From an uncultured Desulfospira sp. (GTDB lineage Bacteria > Desulfobacterota > Desulfobacteria > Desulfobacterales > Desulfobacteraceae): a stretch of 64,000 bases of DNA. Where the stretch lies: positions 2,688,001 to 2,752,000 of the forward strand of contig OY760175.1 of NCBI GenBank assembly GCA_963663165.1. The letters are read 5' to 3'. The position numbers and the translations under genes are program-made. Position 1 is the stretch's first letter. The number at the start of each line of letters is the position of its first letter. Below the pieces are notes generated by a model, which did not search any database, had not been told where the DNA came from, and saw only the letters and a program-made list of their open reading frames with translations. Shown here in pieces: positions 29,199-38,346 of the stretch.

Positions 29199-29807
29199 GT
29201 GCAGCTCCGATTCGCCACCGACATTCCTGTTGAACAATATATAGAGGAGGAGGCATGGAAAGATGCAAAACTGGATCGGTGCCCGTTACATCCGGAAGGT
29301 GGCTGCAAATTTGCCAGGCATGGGACCTATTGCAGAAAGTATCCCGACGGTGCAAAAATCGCCCGGTGGTATTGTCCGGATGGCAGGACCACCTTCGGGC
29401 TGTTGCCCGATTGCCTGTCCTCACGTCTGCCAGGGACACTGATGGAGGCGGAAACGGTCATCAATCAGATCGAAGCAGCACCAAGCCAGGAGGCCGCAGC
29501 AGACAATATGCGTCCAGATATCGGCCTGCCTGGTGTCTTGCGATGGATGAGGCACAGACTGTTTTTGATTCATGTAAGTTTGATTTTATTAATCGACCTG
29601 ATTCCGTCCTTATCCAATGATGGTCAGGCAACCTTATCATCATTGAGATCTGCACTTGGGGTTGAGTTTGTTTTACCCCATCTCCGGGAACTTGCCGCTT
29701 CACATTTGGATATCCTGCCACCGCCGTTAGGGTTTGGCCCTCGCCCTCAAAAAAAACATCATGGAAAAAGCCGGTTCCAACAACAAACGGGGCCTGATCC
29801 CCCCTGA
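29199..29807 (+). CDS. Hypothetical Cys/His protein typical of transposon accessory genes
   Basis: CPLHPEGGC.FARHGTY.R, RWYCP…TF.LLPDCL, C-terminal GPDPP. Confidence 0.6.
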   Translation: MQLRFATDIPVEQYIEEEAWKDAKLDRCPLHPEGGCKFARHGTYCRKYPDGAKIARWYCPDGRTTFGLLPDCLSSRLPGTLMEAETVINQIEAAPSQEAAADNMRPDIGLPGVLRWMRHRLFLIHVSLILLIDLIPSLSNDGQATLSSLRSALGVEFVLPHLRELAASHLDILPPPLGFGPRPQKKHHGKSRFQQQTGPDPP

Positions 29808-29854
29808 GAAAAAGGGTAAATTGCCTTTAACGATCATTTCAAGGAGGCAATGCC

Positions 29855-30340
29855 ATGGAGACCGGACAAAATAAAGCCAAAAATCGGAATCAAAAGCCCC
29901 AACGCCGTTTTCGTGCGTCCATTGCAAAAAATCCCATAGATCCCTGCCGCATCAGAAAAATTGCAGGAAGCTTTGCTTTTATCGAGCACCGGTTCCTGCG
30001 GGACGGATTCTGGGCAAGCCTGGATCATCATCAGCTCCTGCTGTACCTGTTTTTGATTATCGTGGCGGATCGTCATGGGCTGTCCTATTACGGCTATGAT
30101 AAAATCTGCACCCTGCTCAGGATTTGTGTTGATGACTACATCCTTGCCAGGAATGCCTTGATTGACAAGAACCTGGTCGCATTTGACGGCAACCTTTTCC
30201 AAGTATTGTCCCTTCCGGAAAGAGTGGCTCTGCCCTCAGCAGCCCCCCTTCAAAGCCAAAAAGACATGGAACTGCACGATCCGGCAACCATCCGCAGCCT
30301 TGTCCTGCAATCTTTTGGAGGCAGCCATGATGGAAGTTGA
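29855..30340 (+). CDS. Hypothetical wHTH-like protein typical of transposon accessory genes
   Basis: RIRKI.GSFAFIEHRFLRDGF, LLYLFL.IVADRHGLSYY; AAGGAGG RBS. Confidence 0.65.
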   Translation: METGQNKAKNRNQKPQRRFRASIAKNPIDPCRIRKIAGSFAFIEHRFLRDGFWASLDHHQLLLYLFLIIVADRHGLSYYGYDKICTLLRICVDDYILARNALIDKNLVAFDGNLFQVLSLPERVALPSAAPLQSQKDMELHDPATIRSLVLQSFGGSHDGS

Positions 30341-31214
30341 CAATAAGGTCACCAAAGCAGTGGAGAAATACCTGGACTACTGTCGAGATCAAGCTTCCGG
30401 GGATGCGGTGTCCTATACAAAAAGGACATTAACAAATTTTGCGGCCTATCTTCAGGGGGAAAACACCTCTTTGGGCAACATATCCATTGACCAGGTCGAT
30501 CAATTTTTAGCAGTCTGCAACAAGGGGCGTGCTCCCGGGACATGCAGGACGCACCGGTCACATGTACGAAGATTTTTAAAGTACCTTTATCAACACGGAG
30601 ATCTTAAAAAGGACCTTGGCGCTTTAGTGGTAAGCCCTCCGGAGTTCGGACCACCAAAGCCGCCCAAATTTTTGCGCACTCATGAAATTCAAAAGTTGTT
30701 TGACAGTCTGGACCTGTCAACAGCAAAAGACCTTCGCACCAATGCCACCCTGCATCTGGCATGTTATCTGGGGTTAAGGCCGAAAGAAATCAGGTTGCTA
30801 ACTCTGGATGACATCTCATTTAGACAGAAAGAGATTTTTATCCGTTCAAGAAAAAATTGCAATCCTGCTCATCTTCCCCTTCCCGATAACATAATCAAAG
30901 CGATCACTGCCTATATTGTGGGCGGGAGACCTGAAACTCAATCCCGAGTTCTATTTTTACAGTTGACACCACCTTATAAACCGGCCAACAGGAGCGATAT
31001 CCCCCGAGATATAAAAGAATGCATGACGAAAAACAATCTTGGATCAAGCACATACTGGCTGCGGCATTCATTTGCCCAGAATATGTTGGAGTCCGGTATG
31101 TCCATCTATGAAATCAAAGAAATGATGGGACATAAAAGCCTCGATTCGACAAAAAAGTATCTGAGCATTCATATCGGCCTGATGCGGGAGGTTATCCTTG
31201 ATGAAACGTTTTAA
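30327..31214 (+). CDS. Tyrosine recombinase (RitA-like)
   Basis: GLRPKE, WLRHS, MGH…KKY; GGAGG RBS before ATG 30327. Confidence 0.88.
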   Translation: MMEVDNKVTKAVEKYLDYCRDQASGDAVSYTKRTLTNFAAYLQGENTSLGNISIDQVDQFLAVCNKGRAPGTCRTHRSHVRRFLKYLYQHGDLKKDLGALVVSPPEFGPPKPPKFLRTHEIQKLFDSLDLSTAKDLRTNATLHLACYLGLRPKEIRLLTLDDISFRQKEIFIRSRKNCNPAHLPLPDNIIKAITAYIVGGRPETQSRVLFLQLTPPYKPANRSDIPRDIKECMTKNNLGSSTYWLRHSFAQNMLESGMSIYEIKEMMGHKSLDSTKKYLSIHIGLMREVILDETF

Positions 31215-32175
31215 AAGTTTCTTGGCTGAACAAATGGAGGATTTTATCACATATCGTTTTCAACTGGGGTACTCAAACACCTCAATGATGTACGGTCTTA
31301 GGGTACTTGATCGATATGTGTCTGAAAAACAAGTGACTTGGACATCCTTTGATCCGCTGTTTTTTATCCGGTTCAGAGCAGAACTTGATCTTGAACCCCG
31401 GTCCATAAATACGATTTTTAGAATGCTCAAGATCTTTTTCAATTATCTTATACGCAAAGATGTGATTCTGGAAAATCCGTTGCAGGAAATCACTGAGCTA
31501 CAGGAAAATCACGTTATTCCTTTTATATTTTCTCCGGAAGAAACAGACCGTTTTCTCAAAGCTGTAATCAAGTCGATGCGGACAAGCCAGAGATTCTATG
31601 TGTCAGATTTCAGTGCTTATATAGCCTTTTTGTTGATGGCCCGGTGCGGACTTAGAACCTCGGAGACACTTAATTTATTGAAAACCCATTACAGGCCCGA
31701 AGAAAGAACAATCTATATTGAAAAGACAAAATTTAGAAAAGATCGATTGATCCCTATACCCAAAGCCGTAGCCTATGAAATCAACAACCTGCTAAAAGTT
31801 CGCCGGTTATTCCCTGATGAGGATGACAGCCCTTTTTTGCTGGTAAAGGTGAAAGGGAAAAAACTGGTACGTATGTTTATAAATCGCAGATTTAAACAGG
31901 CTCTCACAGATATTAATTTTGATCACTCCCGGAAAATAATCGGTACTACAAACTTCAGCCAGCCTTCACATCATTCCCTGCGGCATTCGTTTGCTGTGAA
32001 CACGCTGAAAAGGATAAAACAGCAAGGAAAATCCTGCCAAAATGCCCTGCCTGTACTGGCGGCTTATATGGGGCACAGCAAATACAAATACACAACCTAT
32101 TATTTGAAGGTACTGGATGCTGAGCACCGTTGGCAACTGTTTGATTTTTCGAAATCAAAAAGCGAGGGTGCATGA
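31201..32175 (+). CDS. Tyrosine recombinase (RitB-like)
   Basis: GLRTSE, TKFRKDRLIP, HSLRHSFAV, L.AYMGH…TTYYL. Confidence 0.9.
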   Translation: MKRFKSFLAEQMEDFITYRFQLGYSNTSMMYGLRVLDRYVSEKQVTWTSFDPLFFIRFRAELDLEPRSINTIFRMLKIFFNYLIRKDVILENPLQEITELQENHVIPFIFSPEETDRFLKAVIKSMRTSQRFYVSDFSAYIAFLLMARCGLRTSETLNLLKTHYRPEERTIYIEKTKFRKDRLIPIPKAVAYEINNLLKVRRLFPDEDDSPFLLVKVKGKKLVRMFINRRFKQALTDINFDHSRKIIGTTNFSQPSHHSLRHSFAVNTLKRIKQQGKSCQNALPVLAAYMGHSKYKYTTYYLKVLDAEHRWQLFDFSKSKSEGA

Positions 32176-33191
32176 GATTGACAAGTTGCCTGCACCAGTA
32201 TTTTTATGAATACTTGCCCTCGATAAAAGGGACGAGCAAACAAAGTGTTCAAGCTTACCAGCAGAGCCTGTCGTTATTTCTGCATTTTCTGGCGAATCAT
32301 CACTCAATAAAAATCAAGTCATTGAAAATCGAACACTTAACGGTGGATGCAGTGCTTGCCTTTCTCCAGCATCTGGAAAAAAACCGAAAAAATAGCGTGC
32401 AGACTCGAAACCAACGCCTGGCCGTGATTAAGTCTTTGGCCAAGATGATCCGCTTCATGCATCCGGATAAAAAACGAATTGCCGATAGGCTCCTGAACAT
32501 CCCTCAGAAAAGAGCTCAAAAAAAGGTGATGGGATTTTTATATCCTGAAGAAATCATGAAAGTCTTCAGTGCCGTTGATCTGAAAAAGAAAGAAGGCATG
32601 AGGGATTTTACCATTCTCCATCTGCTTTATGACTCCGGTGCCCGGGCCAGTGAAATTGCCACATTGGAATTTGATTATTTTGACCCCGAAAACGAAACCA
32701 TTGCGGTCCTGGGAAAGGGAAACCGATACCGGTTGATTAATCTATGCTCCAGAACCGCCTCCTTGATCTCGGACTATATCAGCAATCACAGGGTAGATCC
32801 CATCCCTTTATTTGCCCATAGGCTGTTTATCAATCAACGGAAGCGGGAAATGACCAGACATGGAATTAATAAAATTTGCAGGAAGTATTTGACCTTGGCC
32901 TTGCCGGAAAAACGGCTGAAAGGACTGAGCCCGGCTCACTGCTTCAGGCATTCGTGCGCGGTCAACATGGTCAGTTCAGGTGCTCCGGTATCGGATATCA
33001 AAAATCGTCTTGGTCATCAAAGTATTGAATCAACAATGACCTATCTGCAGCTGGATCTGTCAAAAAAACGGGAAGTCCAAAATACGCTCATGGAATACAT
33101 GCAATCGAAAATAACTCATGACAAAAAAATTGATGAGTTAATCGACTGGGGAAATAGTGCTGAAATCCTTGCCTGGCTTGACAGTTTATGA
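32172..33191 (+). CDS. Tyrosine recombinase (RitC-like)
   Basis: TRNQRLA, SGARASE, HCFRHS, LGH…T.TY, C-terminal LAWLDSL. Confidence 0.9.
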   Translation: MRLTSCLHQYFYEYLPSIKGTSKQSVQAYQQSLSLFLHFLANHHSIKIKSLKIEHLTVDAVLAFLQHLEKNRKNSVQTRNQRLAVIKSLAKMIRFMHPDKKRIADRLLNIPQKRAQKKVMGFLYPEEIMKVFSAVDLKKKEGMRDFTILHLLYDSGARASEIATLEFDYFDPENETIAVLGKGNRYRLINLCSRTASLISDYISNHRVDPIPLFAHRLFINQRKREMTRHGINKICRKYLTLALPEKRLKGLSPAHCFRHSCAVNMVSSGAPVSDIKNRLGHQSIESTMTYLQLDLSKKREVQNTLMEYMQSKITHDKKIDELIDWGNSAEILAWLDSL

Positions 33192-33694
33192 ACCACTGAA
33201 GCAGCTTTTGCTATCTTTGGAGGGGTATGTAGTAAAACAAAAAATTATGTTGCCACTGATCTTTAAAATTTCTAAAATAACTTTTAACGTGTTGAATTTT
33301 AATACAATATTGATTTGCAATGTGAATAGCTAAAATCGCCTTTAAATTTAACAGGTTAGACCCACTCGCAACATAATACTATTTAAGAAAAGGTCCAGCT
33401 GGTTCAGGTTCCGGGGTGGCCGGTGCTGCTTCTGCTGCTTCAAACTCTTTGATAACAGCTGCACCAGTTTTCGAAACATTGATTCCGGTCCAGGGCCTTG
33501 TCATGTCCTGGCCCTGGACACGGACAGCAAGCCCTTTCTTTTCCAGGCTCAACACGGCTTTTTCGTATTGCTCAGTAGACTTTTGGTCCGCATCCGGATC
33601 AACTACCATGGCCCTGGTTTTGTATTGAATTCCAGGGACGCCGCCCACGATCTCAGCGGCAAACAGATCAGCATAAAATTCAAGCTCCGGCAAA

Positions 33695-34265
33695 CTAAAC
33701 AACCACCGGCTTAAAGCCGGTGGGTTTAAGAGCGCGGACTGAAAGTCCAGCGATACCGGCAATAGCCGGTTGAAATGCGTCACTCTACATCAAAATGGTC
33801 ATTAGGGTCTTTTTCAAAATGATGTTCGAGATATTCCTGAATCATTTCCTTTGTCAACTCACCAACGGTCACACAAAAATACCCACGGGCCCAAAAATGC
33901 TTGCCCCAATACCGTTTCTTCAAATGAGGAAATTCCTCAAACACTTTTCGAGACACTCGGCCTTTGATCCGACGCATTATATCCGAAGGAGAAATGTTCG
34001 GTGGTGCCGAAACCAGGATGTGAACGTGATCTTTGCTTACAACTCCACGCAAAATGTGGATTTCGAACCTTTCACAAGTTTGGCGTACGAGTTCTCTGAC
34101 TCGCAATGCAACATCCCCCTGCAATACGTGATATCGGTATTTGGTTACCCAAACAAAGTGATACTCTATTTTGAACTTCGTATGACTGTTTTGCCGATAG
34201 CTCATGTAAAGCACTATAAAACAACTACTGGCAAAATGCTACCCGCCTAAAGGCGGGGGTTTTAA
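33695..34265 (-). mobile_element. IS200-type element (tnpA only), ~571 bp
   Basis: Subterminal hairpins at 33701-33727 and 34241-34263; no TSD; ends ambiguous by about 3 nt. Confidence 0.8.
33780..34214 (-). CDS. tnpA: IS200/IS605 Y1 transposase
   Basis: YHFVWVTKYR, DHVH (HUH), FWARGYF, YL. Confidence 0.95.
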   Translation of the reverse strand: MLYMSYRQNSHTKFKIEYHFVWVTKYRYHVLQGDVALRVRELVRQTCERFEIHILRGVVSKDHVHILVSAPPNISPSDIMRRIKGRVSRKVFEEFPHLKKRYWGKHFWARGYFCVTVGELTKEMIQEYLEHHFEKDPNDHFDVE

Positions 34266-34668
34266 CCTTTTACAGAAACAATAAAAAACTGCAACCAAGG
34301 GGCTTTCTTTTTCCATTCTTCAATGACCTTTTCCGCCTCCGCCCGGGACCAGCAAACACGCCCGGCCGCCCAAATAAACCCAGCCCGTATAAAATTTTCA
34401 ATATACAATCCATTAGTCCGCGCCGGGGCGATCTCGCTTCCAAACATTTCCTTGACTTGTTTTAAAAATACATCAGGATTCACGTTTGCTTGATATGCCT
34501 GGCCGCTGTTTTCATATATTGCCTCCGGCATATGGTCATAGCCGACCTCTTGGGGTGGTACAGGCAACGGACATTTTACCGCCGGTCTCCAGAAAGGGGG
34601 TTGCCGGTGTTCCCGTTTTTGGTTTTCCAAAGCTCTTGTCAAAATTTCGGTTTCAAGTTTTAATAATT

Positions 34669-34836
34669 TCATGATGGGTTTCCTTTCTGTTTTTTGTTTT
34701 TTGATTCTTGTTCCAAATATTCAATCAATTGGGTTTTCATCTGCGAGACCTTGAGCAGGCGCAGATATGCAACTTCAAGTTGATTTCGTGATAGGGATTT
34801 GATATCCACGGTTTTCAGTTTGATTGCTTCATCCAT
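34669..34836 (-). CDS. Small hypothetical protein (55 aa, MDEAIKLK…)
   Basis: Start and stop overlap both neighbouring genes. Confidence 0.5.
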   Translation of the reverse strand: MDEAIKLKTVDIKSLSRNQLEVAYLRLLKVSQMKTQLIEYLEQESKNKKQKGNPS

Positions 34837-36478
34837 ATTGTTCCACTCCCCACGCCTGATAATTTCCTGAATAGGTGTATTTCAATTCTACAGAGCCCAG
34901 CTTGCCAATCTCTTTAAACCGGATTTTCTGGATAATGATTGTCGTAAGGTTGGTTTCAAAATCCCGGTAAACACAAAGCCCATTATCGGCCTTATTCCGC
35001 CAATGAGCCCCGCCTGAGATATCGTACATGCTTGGGGGCGGATATTTCCCGGCAAGGTTTTTTTGAAGTTTCGTTGGGTGAGCCACGATCCAGATATGTA
35101 TTCCGTTGAGCCTGGCAAAGCGCCGGACCTTGGTAAGCTCCTGAGAAATATATTGGGTTTCTGACAATCCATTGAAGCAGTGTTCGACTTCGTTCCAAGG
35201 ATCGATTACAAGGCCTTTTATCCCAAACTGAAGGCAAAGCACCCGGGCATATTTTAAGATCGTGTCTATAGAAAGAAGTTCGCTTTTAGGGGCAATGAAC
35301 TTGACGTAATCGTCCAACATTTCCATTCCTTCTTTTGCCTCTGCTGGGGTCATTCTGTCTCCATATCTGGTGGGTCTGAAAGATTTGCCCAGCATTTTTT
35401 CTATGAGCGTTTCGGCATGTCTTTGAAGCGGCCAATTCTCAGGGCTAAAAAACCCAATCCTCCAGACACAGGTTTTAATCAGATTGACACAGAGGGCATC
35501 CACAAAATTTGATTTGCCGGAGCCTGGAATTCCAGTCACGATGGTCAGTTCTCCAGGCCGGACCGTGTAAAACTCATCCAGGTTAGACCAGCCGGTTTTT
35601 TCTCCGCCCTGAATTCCCTGGGTATATTCCTGCATAACCACATCGGTCAGGCTCAAGGGGGAAATTATTCCCTCAACCGGAAAAGGTTTTGCCTTTTTCA
35701 AGACCTCGACAAGAGCCTCTTTCCCGTGTTTGACAAGAACGTCATTGCAATCCTTGCAGCCTGCTGGGTATTCAACGACAAAACACTTTTCCACTCCGAT
35801 CCGCCGCCCCAATTCCTGAACAGCTCTTTTCCCGGGGGCGTCGTTGTCCCCGGCAATGATAATTTTCTCAAAACGGGAGAACAGCTTTTCAGTTCCTTTT
35901 AAAAAATCAAATTTGGTACTGAAATTTTTTGAATTTTCGGACGGCGCGCCGTCTGGGATACTTACAGCTTCATATCCGGCAACAAGGCAGGAAAGGGCGT
36001 CTATTTCGCCCTCAGTGATAACCAGCTCCTTTTGGGTTGATCCCATGGCTTTGTCACGGCGGTAAAGGCATTTCTTCCCGCCTTTTTCCTGCCGGAAATC
36101 TTTTGTGGCTGTCCGGTACTTCACATTCACGCAGACCGAATTGTAAAAATATGGGAATTTGATCCAGCCCTTTCCATAAGACTCTTCAAAACCGATATGC
36201 TCTTGTTCGAGAATGCCTTGAGATATCCCCCGTGATTCAAAATACCGGATCACCTTTTCTGGCAGAGACTTTTTTAATTCATACGGGATGGGCTTGACGT
36301 CACTTTTTTTCAAGGAACCGCTCCACCCACAATGATGACAGATCCAAACGCCTTCAATTGTATTAACAGCCAGGCACTTTTCATTTTTCTTTTTTCTGGT
36401 CGGGGAGCATTGGGGGCAAGTTGTGCGAACCTCTGTCCCACTCCCTTGAACGTGTATACCGTAGCTTTCGAAACTCAT
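34829..36478 (-). CDS. Primase-helicase (T7 gp4/Twinkle-like)
   Basis: Zn finger CPQC…CHHC, TOPRIM (ITEGEIDALS, AGDND), SF4 helicase (TGIPGSGKS, IDPWN, VAHP). Confidence 0.9.
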   Translation of the reverse strand: MSFESYGIHVQGSGTEVRTTCPQCSPTRKKKNEKCLAVNTIEGVWICHHCGWSGSLKKSDVKPIPYELKKSLPEKVIRYFESRGISQGILEQEHIGFEESYGKGWIKFPYFYNSVCVNVKYRTATKDFRQEKGGKKCLYRRDKAMGSTQKELVITEGEIDALSCLVAGYEAVSIPDGAPSENSKNFSTKFDFLKGTEKLFSRFEKIIIAGDNDAPGKRAVQELGRRIGVEKCFVVEYPAGCKDCNDVLVKHGKEALVEVLKKAKPFPVEGIISPLSLTDVVMQEYTQGIQGGEKTGWSNLDEFYTVRPGELTIVTGIPGSGKSNFVDALCVNLIKTCVWRIGFFSPENWPLQRHAETLIEKMLGKSFRPTRYGDRMTPAEAKEGMEMLDDYVKFIAPKSELLSIDTILKYARVLCLQFGIKGLVIDPWNEVEHCFNGLSETQYISQELTKVRRFARLNGIHIWIVAHPTKLQKNLAGKYPPPSMYDISGGAHWRNKADNGLCVYRDFETNLTTIIIQKIRFKEIGKLGSVELKYTYSGNYQAWGVEQYG

Positions 36479-37228
36479 TTAAAACGCCTTTTGGAAAAGA
36501 GATTGACTTGATTCTTTTTGAACGGCCTGGTCCTTGCCCCGAATGATGCCCCGGAAATATTTTTCACCTTTACCTGATTTCCAGTATTGGCCATCCACGT
36601 ATGCGGTAAGGGCGGCATTGATTGTTTCGTTGGGGTACTGTTTCCAATATTCAATTTCTTTCTGAATGACACCGGATGAAATCTGACCGGTTTTTCTGGT
36701 GGAAATAAATCCGTCTATGGTTTGTTCGAGTTTTGATTTATCCCATCCGTTTATCACCGGTGAGAAAAATTCTAAGACAGAAATCGCCCTTTTATGTTTA
36801 TTTACATTATCTACATTATTGTTTGTGTCCTTTGGTTGTCCCTTGCCTGTCCTTTGCCTGTCCGTTTGGGTGTCCTCTTTTTTGTTCGGATGTTGATAAA
36901 GTTCCCAGTTGACAATGGTTACAATAGAAAAATGGGTGTCCGTTTGGATGTCCAGATTTTCAACCTTTTTTAATTTTTCCATGCGGTTTCTAATCGTGGA
37001 TGGGCTCATCTTGAGTTCTTTGGCTGCAGTTTTACGACCGAAAATAAATTGACCCTTTCTCAATAATATTTCGGTCTCTCCACGACCTGTTTTGACCGGG
37101 ACCCACCTATCTTCGTGACCAGCTTTCAATAAACACCAAATCCAAACTTTAAGAAGTCCCTCATTCTGAAAGACTCGTGAATCTAAGAGCTTTCGATGGA
37201 GGAAAATGAACCCGGCGAGATCCATCAT
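36479..37228 (-). CDS. Phage-type replication initiator
   Basis: GFIFLHRKLLD…W.WCLLKA.H, RKGQFIFGR..A.EL, IVTIVNWELYQ; internal iterons. Confidence 0.75.
   Translation of the reverse strand: MMDLAGFIFLHRKLLDSRVFQNEGLLKVWIWCLLKAGHEDRWVPVKTGRGETEILLRKGQFIFGRKTAAKELKMSPSTIRNRMEKLKKVENLDIQTDTHFSIVTIVNWELYQHPNKKEDTQTDRQRTGKGQPKDTNNNVDNVNKHKRAISVLEFFSPVINGWDKSKLEQTIDGFISTRKTGQISSGVIQKEIEYWKQYPNETINAALTAYVDGQYWKSGKGEKYFRGIIRGKDQAVQKESSQSLFQKAF
36791..36875. repeat. Putative replication origin: iterons plus AT-rich 9-mers
   Basis: TGTCC units at 36826, 36837, 36848, 36859, 36871, next to TTTACATTA/TCTACATTA. Confidence 0.65.
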
Positions 37229-37443
37229 TCGGCCTCACTCATTACGACAAGGCGGTCATGGAGCCTGGACAGCCTGTTACTTTTCGGAAAAAAACGAATG
37301 GCCAGTTCGGCCACCCAGGGGTACAGGTGGCCGGCTGCTGATTTTTTGATATTTCCAATCTGAAAGCGCCCGGCCAGGCGCTTTTGGTTTTTGGGACGGT
37401 TATAGCGCATGGTCCTATGCCGAGAGGCAAACGCGGTTTGCAT
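37225..37443 (-). CDS. Hypothetical protein
   Basis: Overlaps alpA and rep in the same operon. Confidence 0.4.
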   Translation of the reverse strand: MQTAFASRHRTMRYNRPKNQKRLAGRFQIGNIKKSAAGHLYPWVAELAIRFFPKSNRLSRLHDRLVVMSEAE

Positions 37444-37603
37444 CTAGATATCTGTCTAACGCATCCTGGTCATAGCGGGGGGACCTGCCACCAACCAGGA
37501 TATAGTCCGGGCCTTTTCGCTGGTGCCTCCAGTTGTATAGGGTTTGTACTGCGATCCTGAGATAGTCCGCCGCCTCTTGAGTTGTCATGAGTTTTTTGTC
37601 CAT
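37415..37603 (-). CDS. AlpA/excisionase-like HTH protein
   Basis: LMTTQEAADYL.IAVQTLYNWR…GPDY…RY. Confidence 0.85.
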   Translation of the reverse strand: MDKKLMTTQEAADYLRIAVQTLYNWRHQRKGPDYILVGGRSPRYDQDALDRYLDANRVCLSA

Positions 37604-37982
37604 GCCTAAAAATCCTTTCGGTTTTGGGGTATTGCCGTTTTTTACCGGCGTTTTGGAGAAGTATATTTTTGGATGGAGATATCGTCACCCGACATAGCGG
37701 TAAATCCATATAAAGTTATATAGATTTACCGCCATATCCCTAAAATCGAATTATCCATTGATTTCAAATGGTTACAAATTTACATTTTTTATATAAAAAT
37801 TCAGCCAGAACGGCTGGACAAGAATAAACATGAAATGATTTAAATTAACGATGATTGTAGGACTACTTTGATGAGGGGGATGGTTCTGCAATGACTCCTG
37901 ATTAAACGTGCCCCAGGAAGGCGACCAGGAAACCGCCTGTTCGGTCCGGGTAGCTATTCCGGGCCTATCCTGGGGAAAGAGA

Positions 37983-38342
37983 TTACAGCCTTAATTCAAC
38001 CTGGAAATCCGTTGCGTTGACGATGGGCCGGACCATGCCTTTTTCCTTGATCAGATCAACAATCCCATAATTTGAAAGGGTTTTCAGTGTCCGGGAAAGG
38101 TTTGATTTTTTTCGCCCTGACAATGCTTCCAGTTCAACCAGAGACGCCGGGTGCCGGTCCCGGATCAATCTTAAAAGCTTTTGATTCTGGCCGCTCAAGA
38201 CCTGACCCAGGGATTCCATGGATTCAAACCATACCTTGGGTTCGTTCTTACGGGGCTTATATTCCCCCTTGGCAATGGCAATGGTCCGGTGCTTGTAATC
38301 TTCCTTTGACATGATGCCGATTTTCATGGTTTTGCTGGCCAT
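37983..38342 (-). CDS. HTH DNA-binding protein (HVO_A0114-like), putative antitoxin
   Basis: WFESMESL..VLS..N..LL.LI…P.SL.EL…GRKKSNLSRTLKTL. Confidence 0.75.
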   Translation of the reverse strand: MASKTMKIGIMSKEDYKHRTIAIAKGEYKPRKNEPKVWFESMESLGQVLSGQNQKLLRLIRDRHPASLVELEALSGRKKSNLSRTLKTLSNYGIVDLIKEKGMVRPIVNATDFQVELRL

Positions 38343-38346
38343 TCTC

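Larger units (their letters stand above)
28663..33376. mobile_element. RIT-like triple tyrosine recombinase element with three cargo ORFs
   Basis: Terminal IRs TTATGTTGCGA / TCGCAACATAA, extra 6 bp TACTAT at the right end, three overlapping recombinase genes. Confidence 0.8.
28428..34672 (-). pseudogene. 317-aa hypothetical protein with CxxC…CxxC, split by IS200 and the RIT-like element
   Basis: Segments 34672-34266, 33694-33381 and 28660-28428 total 954 nt and join in frame (…VSVKG|LPELEF…GPFLK|CHNCGEVF…CPGCG…). Confidence 0.75.

Noticed and set aside
33695..34265. TnpB or omega-RNA associated with the IS200
   Set aside because: Only about 85 bp lie between the tnpA stop and the element end; no tnpB.
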